From positions 62,001-126,000 of the forward strand of contig JAUCBJ010001864.1 of NCBI GenBank assembly GCA_032718475.1: DNA of 64,000 nt, written 5' to 3'. The notes beneath the pieces are model-generated. The model had not been told where the DNA came from and searched no databases. It saw only the letters and a program-made list of their open reading frames with translations. Positions 38,218 to 51,100 of the stretch are shown here, piece after piece. The stretch's first letter is position 1; the number at the start of each line of letters is the position of its first letter. The DNA is from Nemertoderma westbladi (Eukaryota > Animalia > Xenacoelomorpha). Made by a program: the position numbers and the translations under genes.

Positions 38218-38631
38218 GTAGAACTGTATGTATGATGCACAACAGCATTAGGCCAGGCTATGACTGGCAGACTGGTCTGGTGCTTAGATCGTATCTTTTC
38301 CAGTTAATTTATTTTATTTAATTTTGTATAAAAATTAAAACAAGTGAATTGGTTGGAGAAAGTTGCTAGGCCTACTAAGCAGCAACTACTTCCAGTCCAC
38401 AGGTTCTTAAGATATGCGTTATGAATTTCAAAGCTAGCTGTCGTTTTACGGTAGGCCTAAAACAAACTTATCATTTGAGGTTAATGCGTTACTCCTACCG
38501 ATAAAACAGTTCGTTTTTGTGGCATAGGACAATAATTCAGTGTTTTCGGCTCCTAAAACTGTAGAATTTTATAAAGATAATTAAGTAATTTATTGACGTT
38601 CTGTTATTATTTTCTTGTATTTCTCTTTAAG

Positions 38632-39186
38632 GTTTACGGATTTTACGATGAATGTATGACAAAGTACGGTAACGCTAATGCATGGCGTCACTGTACCCGT
38701 GTGTTCGATCTGCTCACCATAGCGGCCATTATAGACGAGCACATACTCTGCGTACACGGTGGACTGAGCCCAGACATCCGCACCATAGACCAAATACGAG
38801 TGATAGACCGCCAAGTCGAGATCCCCCACAAGGGGGCGTTCTGCGACCTGGTCTGGTCCGACCCCGAGGACGTGGACACCTGGGCGATCTCTCCTCGGGG
38901 GGCCGGCTGGCTGTTCGGGGCGCGAGTTACCGAGGATTTCATCCGGATTAACGGACTCAGACTCATCGCTCGAGCTCACCAACTCGTCCACGAGGGTTAC
39001 AAGTACATGTTCGATGATAAACTCGTGACCATCTGGTCGGCGCCCAACTATTGCTATCGTTGCGGGAATATCGCGGCTATACTGAAGTGCGACACGGTTG
39101 ATTCCCGCGAACCGCGACTGTTTAAGGCCGTCCCGGATGACGAACGGGTAGTCCCTGCCAGAACAACAACTCCTTATTTCCTGTAA
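38632..39186 (+). CDS. PPP6C: PP6 catalytic subunit, exon 2
   Basis: tttaAG acceptor; [54 protein letters not shown]-terminal TTPYFL*; spliced product 304 aa; AATAAA at about 39288 and 39335. Confidence 0.95.
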   Translation, partial: VYGFYDECMTKYGNANAWRHCTRVFDLLTIAAIIDEHILCVHGGLSPDIRTIDQIRVIDRQVEIPHKGAFCDLVWSDPEDVDTWAISPRGAGWLFGARVTEDFIRINGLRLIARAHQLVHEGYKYMFDDKLVTIWSAPNYCYRCGNIAAILKCDTVDSREPRLFKAVPDDERVVPARTTTPYFL

Positions 39187-40933
39187 CTATTTATTATTTC
39201 TCTGTTTGTCCACTTCCTATGTTAATATATTAGGTGTAATATAAAGTATAAAAACCTACATGACGACTTTTAACGTAATATTATTATAATAAAGATAATT
39301 TTATCTCAAAAATTCACTTTGTTTCATTATATTTTAATAAAGTAATGCTTTCGCGCACTATTTTTTTACTTTCTACAATTAAAATAATGGCAGAAAGTCT
39401 TTCTACCACTATTTTATTGGCATAATGTACGTAATTTTAGCTCAGTGGTCAGACCACAGGGTGCTGTGCTGTTATTTACTGAGATCGAGACTCGGTTGCA
39501 GTAGCAAATTTTCGTAAATTCGAATCTTGACTATTTCAATAAAATTTGATCTGATATAATCACAAATATGGATTTTTGTATTAAGATTAATTACGCTGAA
39601 TACCGCATTCCGTAACCGTGGAACCCGGTGAAAAGGATATATCGACCCCTTAGAACCATAACGAGCCACGTCCACATTTTGTCAAAATTTAGTTATTGGT
39701 ATCATTGGAATGCTGAACAAAAGTACTATTATCCATGATAAAAGGCTCAAGTCCATATCTGCATTAAACTATCAGATCTGGCAAGTCGGTCTAATAGCCA
39801 TGTCCAAGCCATGAATTCGGATAAATGGGCCAATATATAATAACGCAAGAAACAATGATACTATAAAAGATCAATTGGCTTATTTTCAAATATTTGGTGC
39901 TGGCATAGCAGTTTACACCGACCGACGAAAAATACAAGTTTATTATTCCATTGCAAATTTAGAACCCTCTCTAACCCGTATAGTGACACCATCAATTGAT
40001 GTATTTGATGGTTTTCAAAATTTGCTGCTAGCATCAAATTTTGCACCCATTTCCGAAAAATACAAGTTAGAGATGTCTAGTTAGATAATTATATATTTCA
40101 TTGAAATCAGAACCGCCAAAAGCCTCTAAAATGCGGGATTAAGTTGTCACAAGCAATATAACTATTGAATAGATTTTCAAAACTTCGTGCTGGCACCAAA
40201 TTTTGCACACAGCACCGAAAAATACAAGTTTGATACGCCTGGTGCAACACGTATACATATATTTCATCGAAATCAGATCCCCAAAAAACCCATGTAATGT
40301 TCTTATTGCGCAAAAACAGGTTCAAACAATCAATTTACAAAATTGACATATTTCAAATTTTGGTGCTGGCACCAAAATTTGGCACCCGCGTAAAAAAACA
40401 AGTTTGAAATTTCTAAATTAATCTATATGAATTCCACATGATTGCAAACACCTAAAACTGGTGTAAATCAAAAATAGATGAATAAAAAAAAATTTGATTT
40501 TAAACACGTTTTAGAACGATGCCGTGCGTTTTAAATAGAATCTAGATTTTTTTTCTAAAAAAAGTTCTAGAACAATAAATATTTGTTATTGAACATATTT
40601 TTTTTAAATGAATAGCTAACATGTTCTGGAACACTTTCTATACAAGTAGTAATAAAAACTAACTAGGCCTACTACAAAATATTTATAGAAGGAAGTAGGA
40701 TGTCGGAACCAGTGTCAAAATTACTAGCTAAACCTACCTAAAACACTAGCTACCCTAACATTTAGTATCTTGCTTAACGAGGAGAATTCAATTCAGTCAA
40801 ATTAAAGAATTATATCAAAATATCAAATTGTTGTAAAAAAAAAACTGGTCTCTTTTTGAATGGCCTCAAATGCAGATTTGGAAAAAAATTTAGCAGCGGT
40901 TTTCTGTCATCCATATCTATGTATCTTTTTATA

Positions 40934-41580
40934 AAACTAGAAACGCAACGCAAGCGTTGCGGTAAGGAGCCCTTTTCACCGAGTTATGAAGACCCTGAAA
41001 TTGGTACGGGTTTTTTTTGTATATGTTGTGTTTGTTTACCGTCGTTTGGATCATCATTTCGGAGAGCTGGAGTAGAATTATAACCCGACATCGCGATACC
41101 TTTATTAGTATGTATGTGTGTGTGTGGATGTGGATATGTTTGTGGATCCACTATAGCACTTAGGACTCCAGCCTATTCGAACGTCTCGCAGAATATAAAT
41201 AAACGTACGTGTCGCGTCGCGCAGCACGAGCGGCTGCTTACTCGAGAACGGGTAACCCGAGTACTGGACTCGTGCAGCACGAGCGGCTGCTTACTCGAGA
41301 ACGGGTAACCCGAGTACTGGACTCGTGCAGCACGAGCGGCTGCTTACTCGAGAGCGGGTAACCCGAGTACTTGACTCGTGCAGCACGAATGCCCTACGAA
41401 AATTTTCAAAATATTGGAACTTTTCCTTTAGTACGTTCATTCAAATTAGGTTAAAATTGAGTAAAGGCTTCAAACGATTGATTTTCCATTACAGACAGTC
41501 AGACGGACAGACAAACAGACGGACATGATATTAGGCCCTAATACTAATTGAAATTGTTCACTAGTAGTTTCGCTCACTAA
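40934..41580 (+). mobile_element. Putative Helentron/DINE-1-like non-autonomous element with three internal 53-bp tandem units (41221-41388)
   Basis: AAACTAG start followed by the palindrome CGCAACGC..GCGTTGCG, internal tandem repeats, CAGACGGACAGAC microsatellite near the 3' end. Family assignment is by pattern only. Confidence 0.45.
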
Positions 41581-41871
41581 TCGTGGCTCGTTCCACAGTA
41601 TATTAATTTAATACAGTTCCAATTTAATAATTTATTTAATATAGTTCCATCTAACAACTTTTGTTATTGGGTTATTTAATACGCATGACCATTCAGTTTG
41701 ATAAAACATTACTTTTGTTACATTATGTTTAAATTAACAGCGTTCTGGTGAATTACTCGTAACGCTGCAAAGTTGCAACGTTTTGCAGCGTTGCGGCCTA
41801 TAGGACGGAACGCTGCAAAGTAATCAATGACATGGAAACAATTTCAATTAACGTATTCCAGAATGTATTAT

Positions 41872-44123
41872 TGATGAATTATTTCACTATAAGATAGCAT
41901 TTGTAGTTTAACTTTAACGTAAAAACTTTCGAAAATCCGACGTATTTTGATTGAGTTACAGTAATGTAATATGCCTATTCATATTTGTACACATAAAACC
42001 CCTAGGTACTCTCGTGGCGTAGTGGTCAGATGGTTAAGGCGTTGGTTACATTACATAGGTTACGAGTTCGAATCCCAGTCGGGAAATTTGTATTTTGGGG
42101 CCATTTATTTTCGTTTGGTGCTAATTGGTAGGCCAATGAGAAGCGTACAGCGTAGCGAATGATGAGCCAGGCCAATCATAGGGCATAAATTATCTTATTG
42201 CTCAAATGTGAGGCAGTGGAAAATTCTGTTAGGATTCCATGTCCCAGATTAGTGTAAGGGCCGGACTGCGTTGAACGATGAGCTGGGCCAATCATAGGGC
42301 ACGAAGCACTTCATTGCTCAATTGTGAAGCTGTGGAAAATTCTGTTTAGTTTCCATGTGCAATTTCTAGTATAAAAAGGCCGGTTTGCCTTCGGTTATCA
42401 CCTTCTTTGTAAAACTCTTATTTTGTAAAATTAGTTTATTCGGTTTCTTGTTGAAACTTTATTTGATAAATCCTTTTGTAAAACTGTAAATATACTGCAA
42501 TTTCCTGACATGTTTTCTTTTGGTCCGACTTCGGGACAGCCGAACACCAGGGAGATGGCAGCCTAGATCGTTAGGCCGTAAGCAACGCAGGGAAGGGATG
42601 TCCACAACACGCTAGCGCCCACATTGGATCGACCGCGCACCCCCTTTGCCCCTTCGAAATACTCCACTTGCTATGCAGCGCCCGCTTTGTGAGAAGGTAA
42701 GACTTTGTTCGACGCCCTTGCCCGCCGTAAGACCTATAGATCAGGGTAAGCGTGACATCGTACTGGACGCCGCAAATTTAGGATCAAATAATTATATCCA
42801 GACACCCCCCCTTTGTCAAGTCCTACGAATCCCTGGGTTAACCTGTACTTCCTACAGGTGCGAACTATTGCCATTCGTCAGTACGCGAGTACATATTAGG
42901 TACGGACAGCACATGTTCCATAATTTAGTGATTCATAGCACTGACTGTTTGGTACCGGTTCGCTTTGTAGAACGTACATTAGTACCCCCCCCCCCCCCCC
43001 CTCTGTCTGGAGTTAGCTATTTGATCAGGCAAGGAGCATTTCTGCTACCGGCACACTGCTTGGCCTAGGGAGGTTTATTAATATCCTACCGCGCCTTGCC
43101 ACGTACTGATAGGTATTGCTGCTAACTACCGCAGCAACAAAGTTCTAGAATTAAATTAGTATACCAGATCAGCTAACGTACGGTAGCGATTAACCCCTAT
43201 TCTTATCTTACAACCAGAATCTGGTATTAGTGCCGATCACGGGTGTAGTTACTAACACTGTGGTTGCCCATTGGGTTGTGGATAGGAAGGAGAGAGCTTT
43301 GACGTCATTTGTGAGTATAAAGTTCTACAAACGCGACTAGTTTATTTTAGTAGCTAGCGCACGGTATCATTTAGTCAGAAAATCACTAAAACCTAGTAAA
43401 AGGAATTACACGAAATTGTTTTATTTGTAACACACCCACACACACACGCCCTAAAACATATTGCCCTTAAAGTTCTACTAGCTATAGCGTACTATACATT
43501 ACGTTAGGTGGAAATTATCTGTATTTGTAAAATTAGGATCTGATTTAGTTGCGGCAAGATAAGGAGTATTTCACTTTCGTTATTAAACTGTTGTTTGTCT
43601 GGACAACGGTATTGTTACATTTAGGCCTGACCTTTTAGACTGATTTCGTACAGGGGGATCAGTTATTGTTACATTTAGGCACGACCTTTAGGCTGATTTC
43701 GACAGGGATGATCAGCATTGTTACACTAGGTCTGTTAACCACCTAGTTCGTATATAACCCATATAAATCACACCGCGGCAAGTTACTGTATTTAGGACTG
43801 TCAGTGATAGTTAGGATTCGCTGCGTGGGGATTGTTTTCCCGTGAGTTTGGTCTGTTACTGTAACTGTACATCTGCCTCACCGGTTAGAGGACAGGTATC
43901 CTTCTGTCTAGTACGTAGGCATTAGACCCGCTCACGTACATAGAATAGATACAAGGCTCTGTTCCTCGCCAGTAGTCGTTTGTGTACTATATCTGTTTGT
44001 TTAGATATCCTGGACTGGGATTTGTTGTCAGATACTGTACAAGCCCGTATACATTACTAGAGTCTCATAGTAAGATACATCGTTACTAGGATCTGGTAAG
44101 CGGTATACTACTGGACCCTTACA
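41872..44123 (+). repeat. 5' LTR (2252 bp)
   Basis: Starts TGATGAATT and ends CCCTTACA; three CCAAT boxes and TATAAAA at 42370; TGACGTCA at 43300 followed by TATAAAA at about 43317. Confidence 0.95.
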
Positions 44124-45117
44124 GTAGGAAGTACTATATAAATTAGTGTATAGTATTGTTAGATCTGTACGCTTTGTAGTGCGTGCGCACTACAATAGTA
44201 GGAAGTATATTAGACAAATTCTGAAATTAGCGTATAGTATAGTTTAGAATTGTTAGCTATTGAAAGTAGGAGATATTTAAAATTTAAGGTTAGTAAATTT
44301 AGTAATTTAGAACGTCCCCTGCTTCAGTAGGCTTTTAGGGTAGCTAGTACTTTCGTATTTAATATTTGACTAGCTAACAGTTAGTTTGTAGCACTTTGTT
44401 TTACGCCGTGTGTGTGCGGTGTTACTTTTCGGTACTTGAAAAGGTACATAGGGTTTAAAGACCAATTTGTATCGGTACCTAGGAAGATTTTTCGTAAGCG
44501 TAGAAGTAAAACTCTCACCTTCGACCTTTTCAGGACTCAAGGACTCATTTCTGGACCGCTTCGAGGATTAGACCGCTTTTCGCAAAGTTTGGGAGACAAT
44601 AAATTCGTCCGCGCCGCCGAAAAACGGAAAGACCCACGTCCGGTTTGTATTTGGGAATTTGTACGACTGGAAGATCAAAGGAACGTAAGTTTTACGACTC
44701 GCGTCGTTCAAACTTAAGAAAGCACAGTAGTACTCAAAATTTGTGGGTTTCACTGTCTATTAGTAGTGTTGTTGGTACTTATTTTCCCGTTAGACGTTGC
44801 TGTTTGGCCTATTGTTTATACTTGTTGATCTATATTTTGTTAACGTATACCGTTATCTCACTTATTCGTACAAATTTAGCCGGTAGGCTAGATTACTACT
44901 TATTTTATTATATACTTTGTTAGTTTATTTGTACCGGTTAGGATATATATATGATATATATATATATCAAGGTAAGTTTGACATTTGTACATTTCGACAT
45001 TTTGACATTTCGACATTCTGACTTGTTGATTTATTTGTACCGGTTAGGTAAGTTCGACACTTCAACATTCAGACACTTTGACATTTTATTACCCGTACTT
45101 GACGTATATAATAAGAC

Positions 45118-48100
45118 ATGAGTGACACACCCCATTCGACGAGATACCCACCTACCGACTATGACTCGTGCGACCCGGACAGATCGACAGTAGACGAACC
45201 GAGAAGGAGAACCCGAGATTCCACCGATGTCACACCGCTTGCGTCGCCGGTACCCCGAACGGAAATACCGGAAGCCGCAACGCGTGGCGACAGCAGGATC
45301 GAAGATTTCCTTACCGTCCCGCAGACTAGATCGCGGGAACCGGACATGGTAAGTTCGACTGGAAGCCAGGAGAACGTTATTAGAAGTATAGGAGGACACA
45401 TGGCCCAGATTACTCGGAACCTCGGAGAAGGTTTTCGCGTTTTACGCGAGTTAACCGCCCCGATGTCGAGATACGAGTTCTACACCTTACAGGTAAGGAT
45501 AGAAAGTAGGGTACATGCCTCCGTAGATAAACTTAAAGGTTTGCACGAACTTGCAGAGTTGCGTGGCGACAACTTTACTCAGGTAAAGATAGTAGATAAA
45601 TTGGTAAGTGCGAGAGAAAGCCTTATCCAGTTTAAGTCGGTAATAAGCTTGGCTCAACAGGAGCAGTTCGACCAACTGCTAGGTGAGTCAGTTTCGGACG
45701 CGTTGTTACAACCCGAAGAGGAAGAAGAACTCTACTGCCTGGACGGAAGGTTGGAAACGCTGACCAATTTTCTTCGTAGATGCGGCGTACCGATCGACGA
45801 ACCGGAAGTCGAACCGCGAGGGACGACGGAAGTTCTCACTACGGAAGGCTCGCGAGCCTACCAACATCCACCGCTGGATAGATCGTTTGTTAGCGTACGG
45901 AGCGACGTTGGCAACGTTGGCGACGTTAGTAGAACAGCGTCTGGAATTACTCGACAACAACAGGAGGTTGCACGCCGACAACAAGTCGCCGAGGAAGAAG
46001 CGCGACACCAGATGGCACAGATCGCCATCGAAGGAGAGAAACAACGTAGAGAAGACGAGGCAAGAATTGCACAACTCAAGGCGCAAGCTGAATTCGAAGC
46101 ATCAGAAATGCGCAGACTGGAGGAGGACTTAGCGCGAGAAGCGGCAGCCGACGAGTTAGCACGGCAGAAAGCAGCATCCGACGTTCGTGCCAAGTTGGAG
46201 GCGCGGCAAATAAACGCTCGATTAGCTATACAGGAAGCGGAATTAGCGGCACAACAACAGGACGCAGATCGACGCGAAAGGGAGATGCAACTACAGTTCG
46301 AATTGAATCGTAGATCGCGCGAGACAGCGAACGCGCAAGCGGACCTCGAACTCGACGCGAGAGATAGATCTATGAGATCGCGAACTGGACACGACTTGTC
46401 TGCCCTGGATCGTATGGAAGCTCGATATCGCGGAATACAGAAGCGGATCGAGGAAGGAAGCGTGGGAGCGATAGATCGAGGAGAGGAGTTCGTCGAGGAT
46501 TACTGCAAACGTTTTCCCCAAGTTATTCCTATGCTCAAACCCACGACTCCGATAAAACCGGTCTTCGTTACGAAACCTAAGGAAATAACGCCTGTGCGTT
46601 CGACGCAAGGCAACAGGTTTGTTGTGACGGAAATACCGCAACCTAGGGCGACTTCATCGCCAATTTTAGCAGGTAACATAACTAGTCCACCTACAGTAAG
46701 TCGTAGTCTACTTGTAGGAAGAGAGGAACCTGCGTTTATGACCATTAAACAGGTGAGTAAACCATTACAAGTTAAACCTGTGACGTGCTGTGCAAATCCA
46801 GTTATTTACAGACCGACTACGAAACCCGACTATTTCACTCGACCGTTGACACAATGTTCGACGCAACCTACGACTTCGTGGAAGGCTTGCGAGCCTACCG
46901 AACTACGGAGGAGGATGGAGGTGGGTAGTACCCACGGGATCGGACAACGTATAGCGAGACCTACGACTTCGTGGAAGGCTTGCGAGCCTACCGAACAACG
47001 GAGAGCCGTAGATTCCGGACCGCAACGGACGAAAACGAGAGTAATACGCCGGACACGAACCCGCCAACCACCTTATCCGGACGACAGCGATTCATCTAGT
47101 GACTCGGAGTCGACGGAACGGGAAATATTCCGTACTGGAGCGGCGGAAGATTGCAAACGAGAGGAGAGATCGACGAACCCCTATATCGACAATCCTCCAC
47201 GAGAAACACCCCAACAGAAACCCACGTTGAAACCAGCGGAAACGATCAGCGCTAAACAGTTCACCGAGATGACGGACAGAATAGCTCAACTCGAAGAACG
47301 ACTCGAAGCGCAACCGTCGGATCGATCACGAACCAGCGTGGAGTTGGAACAACCTAGACAACATCGACCACCGAGGAGAGAACAGGAGACTAGACGGACT
47401 CCGACACATCGAAAAGAAGATCCCGTTAATAATTCCTACCGACGAACAACGCGCGGAAGGGAGCGACTGGACGACGCCGCCGAACAGGGACGCGGACAGT
47501 TGGATTTGGTTAGCGAGATTGCGAAATTCGCGGCTAGACACGGATTACCGGCACAGCAACCGCCGAAGTTCTCTGGCAACGCGAAACACTGGCGCACACT
47601 GGTAGACTACGTAGAGTCCCAGATCGCTAAGTGTGCTTTCACCTCGACGGAGAAGTTTAACTACTTGCTCCAAGTCCTGTCTGGTGAGCCGAAACGATTA
47701 GCGGAAACCTTTATTGGTGTTCCCGATGCCTTTGAATTGGCGTACGACCGTTTGTATTCGATTTACGGCGGTAATGTCGCCATGGCTAAATCCATTATAG
47801 AAGACCTCTGCAGAGGAGGCAACATTTCGAGACCGATCGACCTTTTACGACTCGCGGACGAAATAAAGAACGCTATAGGGACTTTACGGTCCATTGGACA
47901 ACTCGAGTACGCTAACGCACCGACGGTTCTCATTCGAATAATCGGTCGACTTCATCATCGACTACGACGAGAATGGCGATGCATCGAGTACCAGCGCGAA
48001 GAGGCCGGAGGGTTATTAAAACTCACCGATGTCTATCAACTTATTTCACGGGAGGCCGTGATTGAGACTCGATCGAACTATACCGATCACCATATCGCGG

Positions 48101-51100
48101 CGGAAGGGATAACTGTTTCTGCGCCGAATCGGACTAAACCGTTTCCGACGAACGCGAAAGCCGTTACTTACGCCACCCCTACTGAGACTTCTAAAGTTCT
48201 GACGCCTATCGGCACCACGCAGCCACGACAACAGTTGCCGGCGGACTTTGTGGGATGCTCATACTGCGAGCGGAACGGCAGAAACCATAGCGGACATAAA
48301 CTACGTGGATGTCGCGCTTTTAAAGAGTTAGGGATCGAGGAAAGGAGACTCCAAATCCGATCTCTAGATTCCTGTTGGAGATGTATGAAGCCAGGACACG
48401 TCCGGAAGGATTGCCCGAGCGACGATACATGTTCTTTGTGTGGACGTAACCATGACGCGTTGCTTCACACAACCAGTCATACTCCGACCCGACGCTTTCG
48501 ACGAGAGCATCCCGATAAAGCGGCTAGATGCGACGCGCTTTATAAGGAGCGTGCGCCGCGCGAGATCCGTACCTTTTATACCGACTGTATGGATCAGTCA
48601 GGATCATCGGACGAGGACGAGGAGGAAGACGACACTTTCTACGTGCATGCAGGTGAGGAACAGCCATCGATAACGCTCCTCACACAGAACCAATTGAAAG
48701 GGTTTAGCGTGATTCCTATAAAGATTACCGGAACCCGAGGGAGCAAGCGTATATACGCCATCTTAGACTCTGCGTCATCGCATAGCTATGTCGACGAACA
48801 AGTAGCCGACGTAGTTACGGACTTGAGTCAAGGTAAGACTGCTCAGTATACTGTAAGCAGCATGTATGGTAAGAGAGCGATTCCTGTGACGAGAGTAAAA
48901 CTAACCTTAGACACTCTTCTTTCCAAAGCGGAACACAGCAAGGAGGAGCGCTCATTACTTCCGGTAAGAAATTTGACCTTTGCAGCTACGAAGGACTTTA
49001 GTAACTTGCTCGGCCCTGTGCCAGAGCAATCACCGGAAGATCGTAAGTATTTCCGACACCTTGGAATACCGGAATGTCCTGTCAATTATCGTTCCATTGC
49101 GATGTTAATTGGGACAGACCAGTTTAACTTACATCAGGTATGGGAGACACGCCCATCTGTTATTACAGCGGGCAACCCCTACGCATGTAGAACTCCCATA
49201 GGTTGGTATACTAGAGCACCAATACGTTCACTAGAGGTAAGTGACCAGGAGGACGACGTTTTGAGTATGTGTAGTTTATTGACTAACACGATAGATAATT
49301 CTCCTTCACACTCCCGTGGTCCAATTGTACGGACGGCACTACGACAGACTCGCGTCACTAACACAGACGCCACCGATACTGACGTAACCGATCTGGACAC
49401 GACCATACGGACCTCTGACTTACAACTACTTGCAGTAGACCAGGTTGTATTGACTACTGAAGACCTGAGGGTTGTTGCCGTGGATGACTCGATGAACGAA
49501 GATTTTGGAAGGCTTGCGAGCCTACCGAAAAATCCGAAGGTCATTGACCCCACCCACCAGGCTTCGACACCGGTCGTTGATCTTGGAAGGCTTGCGAGCC
49601 TACCGATAGATCAAGAGGTTGTCAAACCGCCGCACGACAATTCGACGCCGACTAGTGACACCGGAAGGCTTGCGAGCCTACCAGACACATTGACACTAGC
49701 CACCGCAGCGGACGAAGACGTGGACGAGGACCATGGCGCAGTGCAAGCAGCGCTTGACCGACTGCTGACTGAACGGACCATTCAATGGTTGGAACAGGAC
49801 TCAGCAGAACCCGGTAGTTACGAGACCGCTATGTCAGAACAGGAAAAACGGTCATTAAATATTATGAGAGATACCATTCGCCAGACCGCGAATGGCCACT
49901 ATGAGGTTGGTATGTTGTGGCGCGATGGACAACCTAAGCTCGTTAACAATTACCCGCTTGCTTTGAGGCGACTCAAATCAATAAGGCAGCGATTGTTGCG
50001 AGACGAGACGGCCCATATGCAATACAATGCACAACTTCAGACGTATCTCCAAAGGGGATACGCCATTAGGATGTTAAATCCTGAGGTAACCACAGACCAG
50101 ACATATTACCTGCCACATCATTTTGTTCGACACCCGGACAAACCTGGCAAGGTGCGTGTAGTCAACGACTGCGCTGCACTTTACCAAGGGATGTCTATGA
50201 ATAGCGAACTGATGGACGGGCCGAATATGAATAATTACCTCATGGGAGTCCTAATGCGTTTTAGACAACGCAAAGTGGCTTTCACCTGTGACGTAGAGGC
50301 CATGTTTCACCAGGTTAAGGCTTTGGAGCGGGACAGGGACAGTTTGAGGTTTCTTTGGTATCCGGACGGAAACTTACAACTTCCGCCAGAAACTTACCAA
50401 ATGCAGGTAAGAGTATTCGGAGCCAGGGACAGCCCCAACTGCACCATGTACGCCTTAAAGCAGACAGCATTAGACAGACGAGACCAATTTGACCCAGAAG
50501 TAGTTCGGACCGTGGAACGAGACTTCTACGTGGATGACGGCCTCAAGAGTTGTGACACCTTGGAGCGCGCTACAACCGTAGCACACCAACTCCAGGATTG
50601 TCTCGCTGAGGGCGGATTTCACCTGACGAAGTTCGCTTCCAACGAACCCGAACTGGTGAACTCATTTGACCCGATGGATCGTAGCGGAGGTGACTTGGAC
50701 TTAGACTTAGAACCTCTGCCGACGACCAAAGTATTAGGACTTAGTTGGGACCCTAACACCGACAATTTTAGGGTACGTGTAAGGTCCAACGACCAGACTA
50801 GACCTCTCACAAAGAGGACTTGCTTATCGACCATGAGTCGATTGTATGACCCATTGTGTTTCATTAGTCCAGTGATCCTACATGCCAGGATCATACTCCG
50901 CAGCATTTGGCAAGCCGGACTGGAATGGGACGATCCCATCCCAGAAAAGTTAGCTGAGCGATGGAGGGACTGGGAAGCCCAACTGACGTTCCTACAAGAC
51001 TATACCATACCAAGGGTATACCATACGCGGCTAGTTTACCCGGAATTCGTTTTTTATCGGCACATTTTTTGGATTAGGAGCCAGTGCGAAATCACGCGAA

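Noticed and set aside
38590-38991. Antisense and alternative-frame ORFs over PPP6C, the LINEs and gag-pol
   Set aside because: Shadows of GC-richer coding sequence; no independent evidence.
39470-40900. Probable old non-autonomous DNA transposon (recurrent GGTGCTGGCACCAAA and CCGAAAAATACAAGTTT motifs)
   Set aside because: Could not define termini or a TSD by eye, so it is not listed as a feature.
42010-42085. Functional tRNA genes here and at about 26822-26890 and 34322-34385
   Set aside because: A and B boxes are present but acceptor and anticodon stems do not form a proper cloverleaf; treated as tRNA-derived.
42646-43068. ORFs inside the LTRs (also 56455-56829, 41971-42162, 55762-55953)
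   Set aside because: No recognisable motifs; the longer one has a non-ATG start and its frame differs between LTRs at the poly-C tract.
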